Source: Pseudovirgaria hyperparasitica
Taxonomy: Eukaryota
Length of the DNA: 64,000 nt
NCBI GenBank assembly: GCA_010093815.1
Contig: ML996579.1
Direction: 5' to 3' (one strand)
The notes under the pieces are model-generated. The model ran no database searches. It was not told where the DNA came from and worked only from the letters and a program-made list of their open reading frames with translations. How positions within the stretch are numbered: the first letter of the stretch is position 1; each line of letters opens with the position of its first letter. Both the position numbers and the translations under genes were made by a program. Below, piece by piece: positions 46,807 to 57,645 of this stretch.

Positions 46807-48162
46807 ATGGCTATGGATAACGACACTGTCCATCTCAAACCCAATCACCTAGCGTCCGTTCATCAAAGCCGAAATACGAAACATTCGAAGCGAAGGCTTC
46901 ATGAGATATATGAGCTACCACTTCCTGTAGTCTGCCACCCACTACCCGCTCTTATCCCTCACAATCCACTGTCGATACTCAGAATCGCCTACGTGGTTGT
47001 ATCTGGCTTGATTTGGCCACAATCATCACACCCTTCCGCGCTGTTCAGAGGCTCTTTGTCTACCATCACGCAATCTGTCCACATTACAGATGCAAAGGCG
47101 ATCCGTGCACTATGGGAGAAGGGCTTCTTTGGAAAAGGCTCTCTGAGTCGTAGCGACCCAAGTTGGTTGGCTCGTGAGAAGCGCAGACTTGGCCTCATGG
47201 CAGCGCAGACCAGTGAAGACAACACTCGCGCTAGGCGAGTCGAAAGACGACAGATGAAGTACGAGAGAGCACTAAAGGAAAGAGAAGCCATCGAAGAGCA
47301 ACTCCGCGAAGAGGCTAAAAAAGATGGGTCGCTCAGCTCAGTCGTGGATACAACTGGAAATTTCGCTTGTGTCGAGACTGCGACGCATGAGAACGTACCA
47401 AGCGAAGAAGACATATCAACATCTTCCCCTGGCAAGCAACCTGGCCAGCACGTCCCGAAGATTGCGATGAATGGTCATGATATCTCCGAGCTACCGTTTG
47501 AACCACCTGTCCGTGGCACTGTGATGGTACCCGAGGACATTGACGATGAAGAGCTCGGGCTCGCGAATGAGGAGCATCTTCAGTTATCCCTTGAGGAGAC
47601 GTTCTTCTTGGTCTTTGGACTAGGCATTCTTGAGGTGTTCCCCGAAGACAAGTCAGATCCCCTCACCGCCCCTGAACTGTTCGACCTATGTCGTTCACTA
47701 TCATATTACCCGGCCGCGAGTGCGACCTTACTCGCTCCAGACGACCCGTTCCTTGTCAAATATATAGTGTATCATCACTTTAGATCTTTGGGTTGGGTTG
47801 TGCGACACGGAAACAAGTTTTCGGTCGACTTTCTCCTATACAACCGTGGCCCTGTATTCTCCCACGCTGAATTTGCGATTATGATACTACCATCATACTC
47901 TCATCCTCACTGGAGATCGACGGTAGAGCTGACGGCAAAAGTAGATGAGAAGGAAAGGAGGGACTGGTGGTGGTTTCACTGCATCAATCGGGTCCAGGCG
48001 CATGTTAGGAAGACGCTCGTGTTAGTCTACGTAGACATTCCCCCGCCATCTGCTATTAATATCGCACCGGGCGAGACTCGCAATATTGGGTCTGTACTCA
48101 AACAATACAGAGTTCGCGAGTTCGTACTGCGGCGATGGCTCATGAACAGAAGTCGGGATTGA
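46807..48162 (+). CDS. SEN2: tRNA-splicing endonuclease subunit Sen2
   Basis: Motifs LWEKGFFGKGSLSRS, EHLQLSLEE, YHHFRSLGWVVR.G.KF and LLYNRGPVFSHAEF (catalytic Tyr/His), plus VRKTLVL (Lys). Confidence 0.93.
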   Translation: MAMDNDTVHLKPNHLASVHQSRNTKHSKRRLHEIYELPLPVVCHPLPALIPHNPLSILRIAYVVVSGLIWPQSSHPSALFRGSLSTITQSVHITDAKAIRALWEKGFFGKGSLSRSDPSWLAREKRRLGLMAAQTSEDNTRARRVERRQMKYERALKEREAIEEQLREEAKKDGSLSSVVDTTGNFACVETATHENVPSEEDISTSSPGKQPGQHVPKIAMNGHDISELPFEPPVRGTVMVPEDIDDEELGLANEEHLQLSLEETFFLVFGLGILEVFPEDKSDPLTAPELFDLCRSLSYYPAASATLLAPDDPFLVKYIVYHHFRSLGWVVRHGNKFSVDFLLYNRGPVFSHAEFAIMILPSYSHPHWRSTVELTAKVDEKERRDWWWFHCINRVQAHVRKTLVLVYVDIPPPSAINIAPGETRNIGSVLKQYRVREFVLRRWLMNRSRD

Positions 48163-48208
48163 AAAAGTCTACGCTAAGGCCAAAAACAAAAGGACATCAT
48201 GGATTTGA

Positions 48209-50057
48209 CTACGCCCTTGCTGTATCCAAAGCTTCTTCAGTTGTTAATGGTATCATTTCCGCTTTTCTTTTCAGACCTGTCTTGGTCTCAACGTGCTGGT
48301 TTCTCAACACACTTTTAGACACACACGCTCCAGCCACAACACCTAGGACAGCTACTACTGTGAACATTATCCACATGTTGCTCAAGCTCCATGCATAAGC
48401 CTCTTTGATTGCGTTTTTATGCTCGATGTTCTCGATGTCTGGAATGCGCAGCACGTTTGCAGCAGCCTCCTGACCGGAATACTGTTCCGCAAGGGACAAA
48501 GGTAGTCCCTCTGCGAGCAGATACTTGACTCTTGCCTCCATACCATTTTGAAAGACCACACCACCAATAACAATAGACATGGCAGTCGCAATGGCACGAC
48601 AGAACCCAAACGTCGCGGTAGCAGTAGCAGTATCCTCCTGCGGAACAAGGTTTTGCATGGCAATCAGGGGCGGCGCAAATAGCATACCCGCGCCGAAGCC
48701 CCCAACAAGCTCAGACCCAATAAACAGACCAAAAGACGAGTCTGCTTCGAGCGAGATATACATCCCCGTGCCAATAGCCATCAGTGTACAACCGGCGTAG
48801 ATGAGCTCCAGATAGCGGCCCGTATAATGAATGTAGAAGCCTGCCACAATGCCCATTACGCCCTCGCCTACAACAATCGGCAGCGTAAACAGACCTGCGT
48901 GTAGCGGCGAAAGTTCCTTTGTACTCTGCAGCTGCAGTGGGATATAATATTCGGCTGCGATGAATACAAACCCATGCGCAAAGCCAACAAGCACGCACGC
49001 CACATTCGATCGACTCTTGAATATGCCCAACGGCATTAAAGGACACCGCGCAAAACGCTTCTCCACATACACAAATACTAGGCTCATCAACGCGCCCACC
49101 ACAATCAGACATACCACTTTCGGCGAGCTCCACGGCGCGATCGTCCCGCCGAAGTCCAATCCAAGGAGTAGCATGAGTGTGAGGCCAATGATAGACAGAC
49201 TACCCAGCCAGTCGATGGCCTTGAAGCCCTCGAGGAAGGCTGTGCGTGGGTTGTGCACATTCAGGAATATTAGGAGAAGAATGAACGCGCAGCCGCTGAT
49301 GGGTAGATTGATCCAGAAGATCCAGCGCCAGTTGTACTCGGCGAGGGCGCCGCCGATGACAGGGCCGATGCCACCGGCGAGACACCACATTACTTCTGTG
49401 ATGCCCATCGCGAGGCCGCGTTGTCTATATGATGTATTATTATGTGCACCAAGTGTATAAGGGATAGGGGTTCTGCTTGCCGGACACTGAATATGTCGGA
49501 TTGGATACTGAGGACAAGCATGAGGATGCCCCCAGCGGCTGTTCCCTGAAATGCTCGACCGATGATGAGCATCTCGATGCTCGTGGCTTTAGCACACACT
49601 ATGGAAGCACAGAAGAAGAAGATCACCGACGTCAGGATCACAGGTTTGCGGCCCCAGATGTCAGATATTGTGACCCAGATTGGTCCTGCGGCGGCATTTG
49701 CCAGCAGGTAGGATCCACCGATCCATTGGTAGCCGTTCGCTGAGTGAAAGTCTGATATAATGCTGGCGATGGCTGGAGCGATCGTTGTTCCTTCGAGGGC
49801 GGCGATGAATATGGCGAGCTAAGGGAAAGATTCAGGGTTTAACAATTTGATCAAACATGGGGTTTTCTACTCACGTTCAGGCCGGCTAGAATCGCAGCAA
49901 CTCTGAAAGTGCTTCGCTTTGTGGGTGAGTCAGGAACGGCGGGCTCTTCAATACCATTGTCCTGCGACCTCTGCTTGGGAATCGATATCGCTGATGGTGA
50001 TACTCCGGGATTACTGACAGCAGAGCAGGAATTTATCCTGATATTGTCGCTGACCAT
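48209..50057 (-). CDS. MFS drug:H+ antiporter (DHA2, 14-TM type), 3 exons
   Basis: Motifs FIAALEGTTIA, WIGGSYLL, SDIWGRKP, GRAFQG, GPVIGGAL, WRWIFWINLP and IDWLG. Introns 49819-49874 (GT-AG) and 49425-49480 (GC-AG). Confidence 0.92.
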
Positions 50058-51000
50058 ATTGTGCTCACTGTTCTGTAGTCTTTTGGTCCCAGGTTTCCAG
50101 TGGTCTGATTACGACTAAAGGCCTTCGACCTCGTTGGAAATCCTACGCGAGTGGCTAGATATACGAAGTTTGCTCATACGGAGTCATACTACACAAGGGC
50201 AATGCTGACACCTTTTCAGCCTTCACCCGATCTGTCAAGGGTTACAGTTTGTGCCGCAATGCCGCTGCGAGTCCGTGGCGGTGAAGATCTATCCCTGATT
50301 GAACGCGGCTACGGCTGCGGCTACGGTTGCGGCAACCTCCGAACTGTGGAGATCAGATTTGGCAGTAATTATATAGAGTACCGAGAAAGGGAGAAAATAT
50401 GCAGCTACGCCGAGAATTTGGTGACAACAGCACTCATTCAACTAGTGCTTCTCATCGCACAGTAGAGCATCGACCCCCTGATAAGGCGAGATTAAGTCGA
50501 CATCCATACGACCCAAGGAGATCACCGTAATTGCGCAGCTACAAGCATTGCACATAGCTCTCAAAACGGCGACTTGGACTCCTGGTAACGTCGCTAGCAT
50601 CATTTATACAGCCGCTCGTGACTCACTCATCGGTATATGCGCAGTGTGATCGCTGTTATGAACAGTATCAGAGGTTCTTACATCGTAAGTGGTACAGAAC
50701 AGGACTGGTCACACAGCAGCATGACTTTGCTGTCCGTAGCTCATGAGTCATCATCACTGGCAACCCTTGGGAACTCAAGCCGCAACATTGTATGGTCCTA
50801 GGCTTTCAGCTTTTCTAGAGCTCACGGATTAGGAATGTTGAACGTCATTGAGGACCGGTTATAGTGATTTATCTGTAACTCGGCCTTTACAGAGTCCGAC
50901 GAGCGAGTCCAGCTTTCCTTAGGTAGAGCCAAAATGTGGTATATATAAGCGATGCATACTTACGCTTGTGCGACCAAAGCCACGCGAATATCATATCAAA

Positions 51001-52508
51001 ATGCTGATCCTCGTCGTTGGCGCCACTGGAAATCTAGGACAACTCCTCGCCCAAGCCGCCCTAGACCGTGGTCATCGTGTTCGAGCTCTCGGCCGCTCTC
51101 CTGACAAGCTATCAGCCTCACTCGCCACACAGCTCGAATCGTTCGTTCGCAGCGAGAATTACTATGATATCCCCGCGCTTGATCGCGCCTGCCACTCTGT
51201 TGATGCCATAATAGTCGCATACCAAGGTATTCCTACCCTTCAACTTGAAGGCCAACTACTCCTACTACGCAGCGCCGAAAGGGCTGGTGTGAAACGATTC
51301 GTCAGCACAAGCTGGAACTATGACTGGCGAAACACGAGCTTAGGGCAGCAAGATAGCTACGATGCGTATATATCATTCCGGCGGCATGTAGAGCTCTCTT
51401 CGAGCATCAAGCCGATATACATCTTCACAGGTGTGCTCGCTGAGGTTCTGTTCTCTGTGGACGGGCATGGGGATTTCTCGCCGAGGAATCATGGCGTGTG
51501 GGATCCCGTGGCGAAGAGCATTGCGATGTATGGGACTGGCGAGGAGACATGGCCAGACTTCGGCACATACAATCCGAATCCATGCAAGCTCAATCTGCTC
51601 AAATATTCTAATAGAGAATACAAGCTCAATCTACGCCTCAAAAATGATTGCCAAGACAGTACAATCTTAATCCGATTAGTCAGATTGCTTGTATTAGATT
51701 GAATATGTGGGGTGTATATATATTAATCGATTTTAGTAAGGTTCTAGTAGTAAGTTTCTTATATATACGTGACTCTATAAACTAAGGGAGGTTATCTACG
51801 CGGAGACGTGTAACTTAAGGCCCTACATATACTTATATTAGTTAAATATTAGTTAAATATATACCTAATAACGTCATGACTTAGCTACTTAGTCTCCCTA
51901 TCTCCTTCCTAATCGGGTAATCTTATATAATATAAGCGATTCAATTTAACATAAGCAATCTCAATCCCTTGGCTTAGATTCCAAGCTCAATCCGTAATTT
52001 TAGGGTGACTAATCATACAATCCTAATCTAGGCCCTCGGATTGTATCCGATTGTATATGCCGAAGTCTGGACATGGCATTGGACGACGGAGAGCGATGCC
52101 GCGGAGTTGACGCTTGAGATTCTGGGAACGGAGGGTGTTGAAGAGGGTGGGTTCTGGACGGTGTATTCCGGAGAACATACACTGCCGCAGATCGCGACTA
52201 TCTACGAACAAGTCCGAGGTACAAAGGTCACCATTGACCGCTTGGGCAGTGTGGAGGATTTGAGACGTACTGCGCTTGAAGCAAGAGCTGCTGGGAATCC
52301 ACAGAACTATTGGGAGTACATTGGATACCTATATCAGCTGTACACTTTGGATCGGACGTGGACGTTAGGAAATGCCGACTACGAAAAGATTCCGAATTTC
52401 AAGCCAACAACTTTGGAGGATTCCTTGGTCGTAACCCGAAAGTATAACGGACTAACTTCAGTTGAGTTCTTCCATGTGCAAGAATCTCTCTTGACCCGCA
52501 TTCCGTGA
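51001..52508 (+). pseudogene. NmrA/isoflavone-reductase-like NAD(P)-binding protein disrupted by a transposon insertion
   Basis: ILVVGATGNLG Rossmann motif and AGVKRFV. The 5' part (51001-51553) and 3' part (52078-52508) rejoin in frame as GTGEETW|HWTTESDAAE once the insert and one TSD copy are removed, giving 327 aa. As it stands, the ORF stops at 51702 inside the insert. Confidence 0.88.
51554..52069. mobile_element. Non-autonomous hAT-type DNA transposon (MITE-like), 516 bp
   Basis: 21-bp TIRs (cagacttcggcacatacaatc and gattgtatatgccgaagtctg, one mismatch). Perfect 8-bp TSD GACATGGC at 51546-51553 and 52070-52077. Subterminal caagctcaatc repeats and an AT/TpA-rich non-coding interior. Confidence 0.93.
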
Positions 52509-55169
52509 CTTTACTCCTATGTAGTCGCTTATAGCCTTATAAGCCTATTATCTTCGTTGACCAAAGAATAGTCATATACGCCATACCGTATCACAATCCG
52601 GCTTTTACCCACGTTGATAATCGCGCCTTCACTTACTGTTTGTGAAACTAAGAGTCTATATATTACAGTTGATCACAAGTTTTGAAGACTCTTCAGTGCG
52701 CGCGCAGCGTCATTTGTTTGTCTGTCATGGGTTTACATATATCGAAAAAATGCGTCGCAAAGAACTCGTGACTCAAACTTTTATACTTTGGCACAACAGT
52801 CTAGCCTTCGTATCAGACAGATTTAGCAGATCTTTGAATGCTCAACTTGCCGGGAGGATGATTGGTCACATCGGATCTAGCTCATACTCCGGAAGACATT
52901 TGCTTTTTACATTACCCCTGGGTATTGCTTACGGTGGTCTCAGCTGTTCTCTTTGACCGCGCAACGCCTGCAGATATATCTCCCGTGCCATGCGGTAACT
53001 GGTTATTTCCAGGAAAGTATCACGGCTCGATGGATTGTATTAGCACATGTTAAAATGGGCACGTTGCTTACTATCTCGTAGTAAGTACCAGCAGACACGC
53101 CGTATGACAACATAATAGAATGATAGGATCCCGCCTTCTTGATCGACCTTTCGGGAAAGTGTATTCAGGAGACATTTCTGGTGGGCAGTGTTGCTACATC
53201 TTCAATTGCGCTTAGAACTTGCATTTTCTCTGAAGACCTATCGTCCCACCTGAAGTCCGGCCATGTACGATCCATCATAGATGTCATCAACGACCTAGAA
53301 CCTTGCTCACTCTCCGTAGTTGATAGTAGCAAAAGCGTTATGAAGCTCGGCTCTTTCGCTTTTAGATCAGGTGATATCAGTGAGAAATCCACAATCCTGT
53401 GTGAACACGGAGGCTTCTTATCGAATGATAGAAGATTTTTGACATATTCGAAGCAAGACTTGAAGCTGTGTTGACAGGGTTTGGTGAATCCAAGTGGATA
53501 CTGGCGAAACACGGGATGCGTCTCACCATCGAACAGCTATTGGGACGAGACTTTCTCTGCGTACATTGCTGTGTAGACTGAAGAGTGAGTGAGTCACTAT
53601 TGTGTCTACGAAGGAGTGGTTGTATTTAATGCAGCACACTTTGATCGGCGCAAGGTGTTACCATGGAACAACACTAAGAGCGACAAGACTGACGACGTCC
53701 GGTACTCTAAAGTGGCGTACACAGAGGTCGCATCATCTAGAGCTGGGCGTCTTGGAAACGTAGCCCGATCAATCTGATGTATCATCAATTGCGGTCTTAT
53801 TCTATATTTGGAACCTCGTGGCTATCACACCTGGATCATTCGCTTAACTCGCCAAAAAAGGTTAGCGTTTGTTTGGAGTGTCAATCTCTGCCGGGTATTT
53901 CCTGTTGTAGAAGTCGAAGTACTTTGTAGTTGGAACCATCACTAATAGTCAGAGTCGCAAATTGTTTCAATATCGTTGCGTGTGACTTCTAGGAGCACGA
54001 TCGATACATGATCTGAGTATTGAGTTCATATCATCAGTCCGCACTTCCATAGAATCAGCTACAAGCTACCATACATCGGAGTCAGCACAAGATAAAGGCC
54101 CATCAATTCACAGGTCGTAAGAAAACTTGACCAACAGAATATCTTCAGGAAACAGTATTAGACTAGCGCATTATTACAAGGGTATTCCAAGACCCGGGAA
54201 AGCGTTATCTCTAAATTTATTTTTTCATCATCCATGACCAAGAGAGCGTGTTTGTGGGGTGACGATCTTGGTGTTTCCATCAAGGCTGCCTGCGCCAGGA
54301 TCCTTCGTGCCGGCCCAATGTCATCATCGTTGACGTGTGGACGCTTGATATCGCGCACATCCACTGACGTGCTGTCAGTAATTGGTGTGAAGTACTTTCG
54401 TTTCGTCACTGGCGCCATCGCGCGTGCCTTTATAACGTCGTAGGACGGATACTTTTAGACGTTTCGTATCCTCCACGGGCTAAGGACTTGTACTCTATGT
54501 ATGTAGCATTGAGGTACGGACAATGTTCGATGAATGGGCAGACTGAGGCTTCAGCGCATGCATGTGACGCAGGTTGAAGAACAGTGGTCCGAGCGACGGA
54601 CATGAACACTTTAATAGTAGCATTTTACATCTTCTTCCGAAATGTCACAAGAGTAGTCTGAAGTGCTGAACCGAACCAATGCGGCCGCTCAGGGTCTGAC
54701 GACGATGTGGAGTTTGGACATCTGGATTGCTGTCGCTGGACTAAATTACCTTGTCCTGCAACCAACGAAAGTGCACGGACTGATCCATCCCAATCCTCCG
54801 CTCGACACAGACACACCCCTTGCTCCTTTGTGCGGTATTACACAGTCCCTTTTCCATTCATCATCCACTCCTCCACTAGTTTAGGACTAGCAACGTCTGT
54901 GCCGGAAGTGAAAACATGGCGCTGCCTGTCGTCTCGTTTCATGTATCCAGCCAAAATGACTCTCCGTAGCCCCCAATGCCCGTGTGCTTCTATATGATAG
55001 ATCACACCAACGCCTTGACTGCTCCGCTGATGATCCCTGCTCTCACCAGGACTCATTATCGAAACGATCCCCACGTTCTAGCAGTCAGTCCGCTCCCTTA
55101 TGAAGACGAGGGTTTCAGTTTCCTTCCTTACTTGCTTCCAAAGCCATCTGGGTGAAATTTACTCACAGG

Positions 55170-56655
55170 ATGAGTTCTGAGCAAACTCCACCTGATATCG
55201 CGGCTGCGGGAGACGTCCCGACACTGAATAAGCCGGCCTCAATATTGACCCTTATGATCCTTTTCAATGTCAGTTGGATAGTCTTCATCCTTCCTAAATC
55301 TGCTTACTGACCTTCCACAGGTACTGACTTGGGTAATATTTGTGGTCACAGTGTACACTCAAACATAGTGCTGATGATATTGATCTAGATCGCTGTTGCT
55401 CTACGTGTCTGGTCCCGGATAAAACCAGTGAAAGCTCTATACTGGGATGATCTATTCGTAGTATTGACATCGGTACGTCTCTGAACTTGACTATGCACAT
55501 TATAGCCTGAACTAAGAACTGGCAGATAAGTACGACAATAGGGACGGCGAATGCCTGCGTCGGTAAGTTGTATGCTGCATGGGTATCAACACACAGGCCT
55601 TACAAGCTTCTAGAGGTCAGATATGGTCTTGGTCAGCACTGGAAAACGCTGTCGACTGATGAATGGGAACCCTATCTCTTCGTAAGTCACAGCAACAGAC
55701 GTATACCGCTTGTTTGCTCATTGACTATAGTGGACTTGGCTCGCAAACCCGTTCCTCGCATTATCATTGACCCTGGTCAAACTCTCCGTCCTGTTCCAAT
55801 ATATGCGTCTCTGTTCTGGAAGCTCATTTCGCGTATTCCGCAACGTCTGTGTCGGTCTCATGGTCGTTGTAAGTGCATGGGGCATTGCGTACATCTGTCT
55901 AATGATCTTTGCGTGCGACCCAATCAGGGCCTTCTGGACAGCTGATGGCCCTAGAAAGTGCATCTTCTTTGGTTCAGACAATCCCGATGAGAAGATTCGG
56001 GCTTACCTATCGCATACTGCCTCGAACATGGTCCTCGACGCCATGATATTCTGCCTCCCTTTACATATATTCTACAAAATGCAGCTGGAGAAGAAGAGCA
56101 AGTGGGGTTTCGCAGGCATTTTCCTCAGTGGTTCAATGTGAGTGCCTCATACCAATTATACACCACCAGGCCTAACGAGATCACAGTATCGTTGTCATCG
56201 CGATTGTACGCTTTGCAAATCTCCTCAAACACGAACTTGGCCTCACCAGTGCTCATTTCGACGTGACGTACTATGCCACTGCTGCGGTGGTACTATCTGC
56301 CCTCGAAGCAGCAGTCGCTACCGTGGCGGCCAGTATTCCGGTCTTCTGGCCGCTCGTAATCTCGTTGAAATCCAACGTAATCCTGATCATCAGCGAAGTC
56401 AGCGTTACCCACGAGAAGCGAGCCGATAGCACTACCGGCCTCCGAAATAGCGATTGGCAGCCCTTAGAAGACTTCAGCACGAAAGGCAAAGACGAAGATC
56501 TCGAGAGTGTTCACAGCAAGAAAGACTACAAAGCCCCGCGTCCGTCTACGGGTGCCATTCCACGAAATCTCGTCTTTCCAGAGACCAAGCTGGATGATGA
56601 GCCCAGACTGAACCAAACGGAGACGACTGTTGTTGCTGGCGATCTGAAACGCTAA
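55170..56655 (+). CDS. PTH11-like (rhodopsin-domain, non-CFEM) integral membrane protein, 7 exons
   Basis: Spliced product contains VALRVWSR, LYWDDLF, YGLGQH, LVKLSVLFQYMRL, FACDPIRAFW, NMVLDAMIFCLPL, IAIVRF and LEAAVATVAASIP. Six canonical GT-AG introns, including a 12-nt exon at 55321-55332. Confidence 0.9.
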
Positions 56656-57645
56656 GGAGAAGCATGTTCTTTCGATTATGACGAATGGAGTTCAATTTTG
56701 TTTCAAGCATATACCCAACAGATCTCATCTATAGATACAAAATCATAATAGTCAGGAGACGACATACCTGATATAAAAGATATATTGGGTACTAGTCGTC
56801 CTTTGCAATAAGCTTCGTATTATGGCTACTGCCCTGAAATCTCAGCCCCCTACATATATCTAGAACCAGCGGTAACTAGGCCTACATGTGGAATTGAGAA
56901 TGTATGTATGTGTGGCTAGGGTGCATGCAAATGCTGGTGGTGCAGATGTGATCACGGAGAGCTCACTTACAGCACGCGAGCCTACGAGTCGTAACCGCCG
57001 AACTTCTCCTAAGCCAGACCCTGCTTTGCACCATCAATCCCGGACTTCAGAGAAATGTGACATACCACTCGCTGATACCAGTAACAAGCCCATCCCGTCC
57101 ATCTCCACAGAACCAGAAACTTCCTTCACCATAATCCATAGCCCTTAAGCCACATGATGCTCCAAGCCTGAATCCTTCAGTTCAGCCTCGCGGTCCACAA
57201 TTCGTAAAGGTTTCCCAAGTGTCTCATAAAATCCCTGCTCCTAAATCTTTAGATCACCAAAGATCCCTTCCTTACGCTGAACCGCATCCAGAACTCCATG
57301 TAGACCCACCGCAACCGAACACTCCACCAAGATTAGGATGCATGCGGTATACCGCAAACTGTATGTGGCATCTGCGGGTAGCTTCGACCTGTCCGTACGC
57401 CGCATGCTCTGTCACATGAACAGCTGGACGGCTAAAGAAGCAGCAAAGACAAAGACGATCTCCGTGGAACCAGTCTCATTGCTGATCTGTGTCGAGAGGT
57501 AAGCCGTCTAGCGAGCAGTGACCGCGAACCGCGCCCTAGAATGGGCGCATAGAGAGAAAAAGCATATAAATGCTAGGAGTGGAGTTTTGACTATAAGCGA
57601 GCTCAATCAAGTCCACGATCGCTCTCTCGTCGCTTACGATCAAGA

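Noticed and set aside
51552..52069. MITE acting as an introner (spliced out precisely)
   Set aside because: No GT donor at the 5' end. The nearby GC donor with the AG at 52064-52065 gives the wrong frame. RT-PCR would be needed to exclude it fully.
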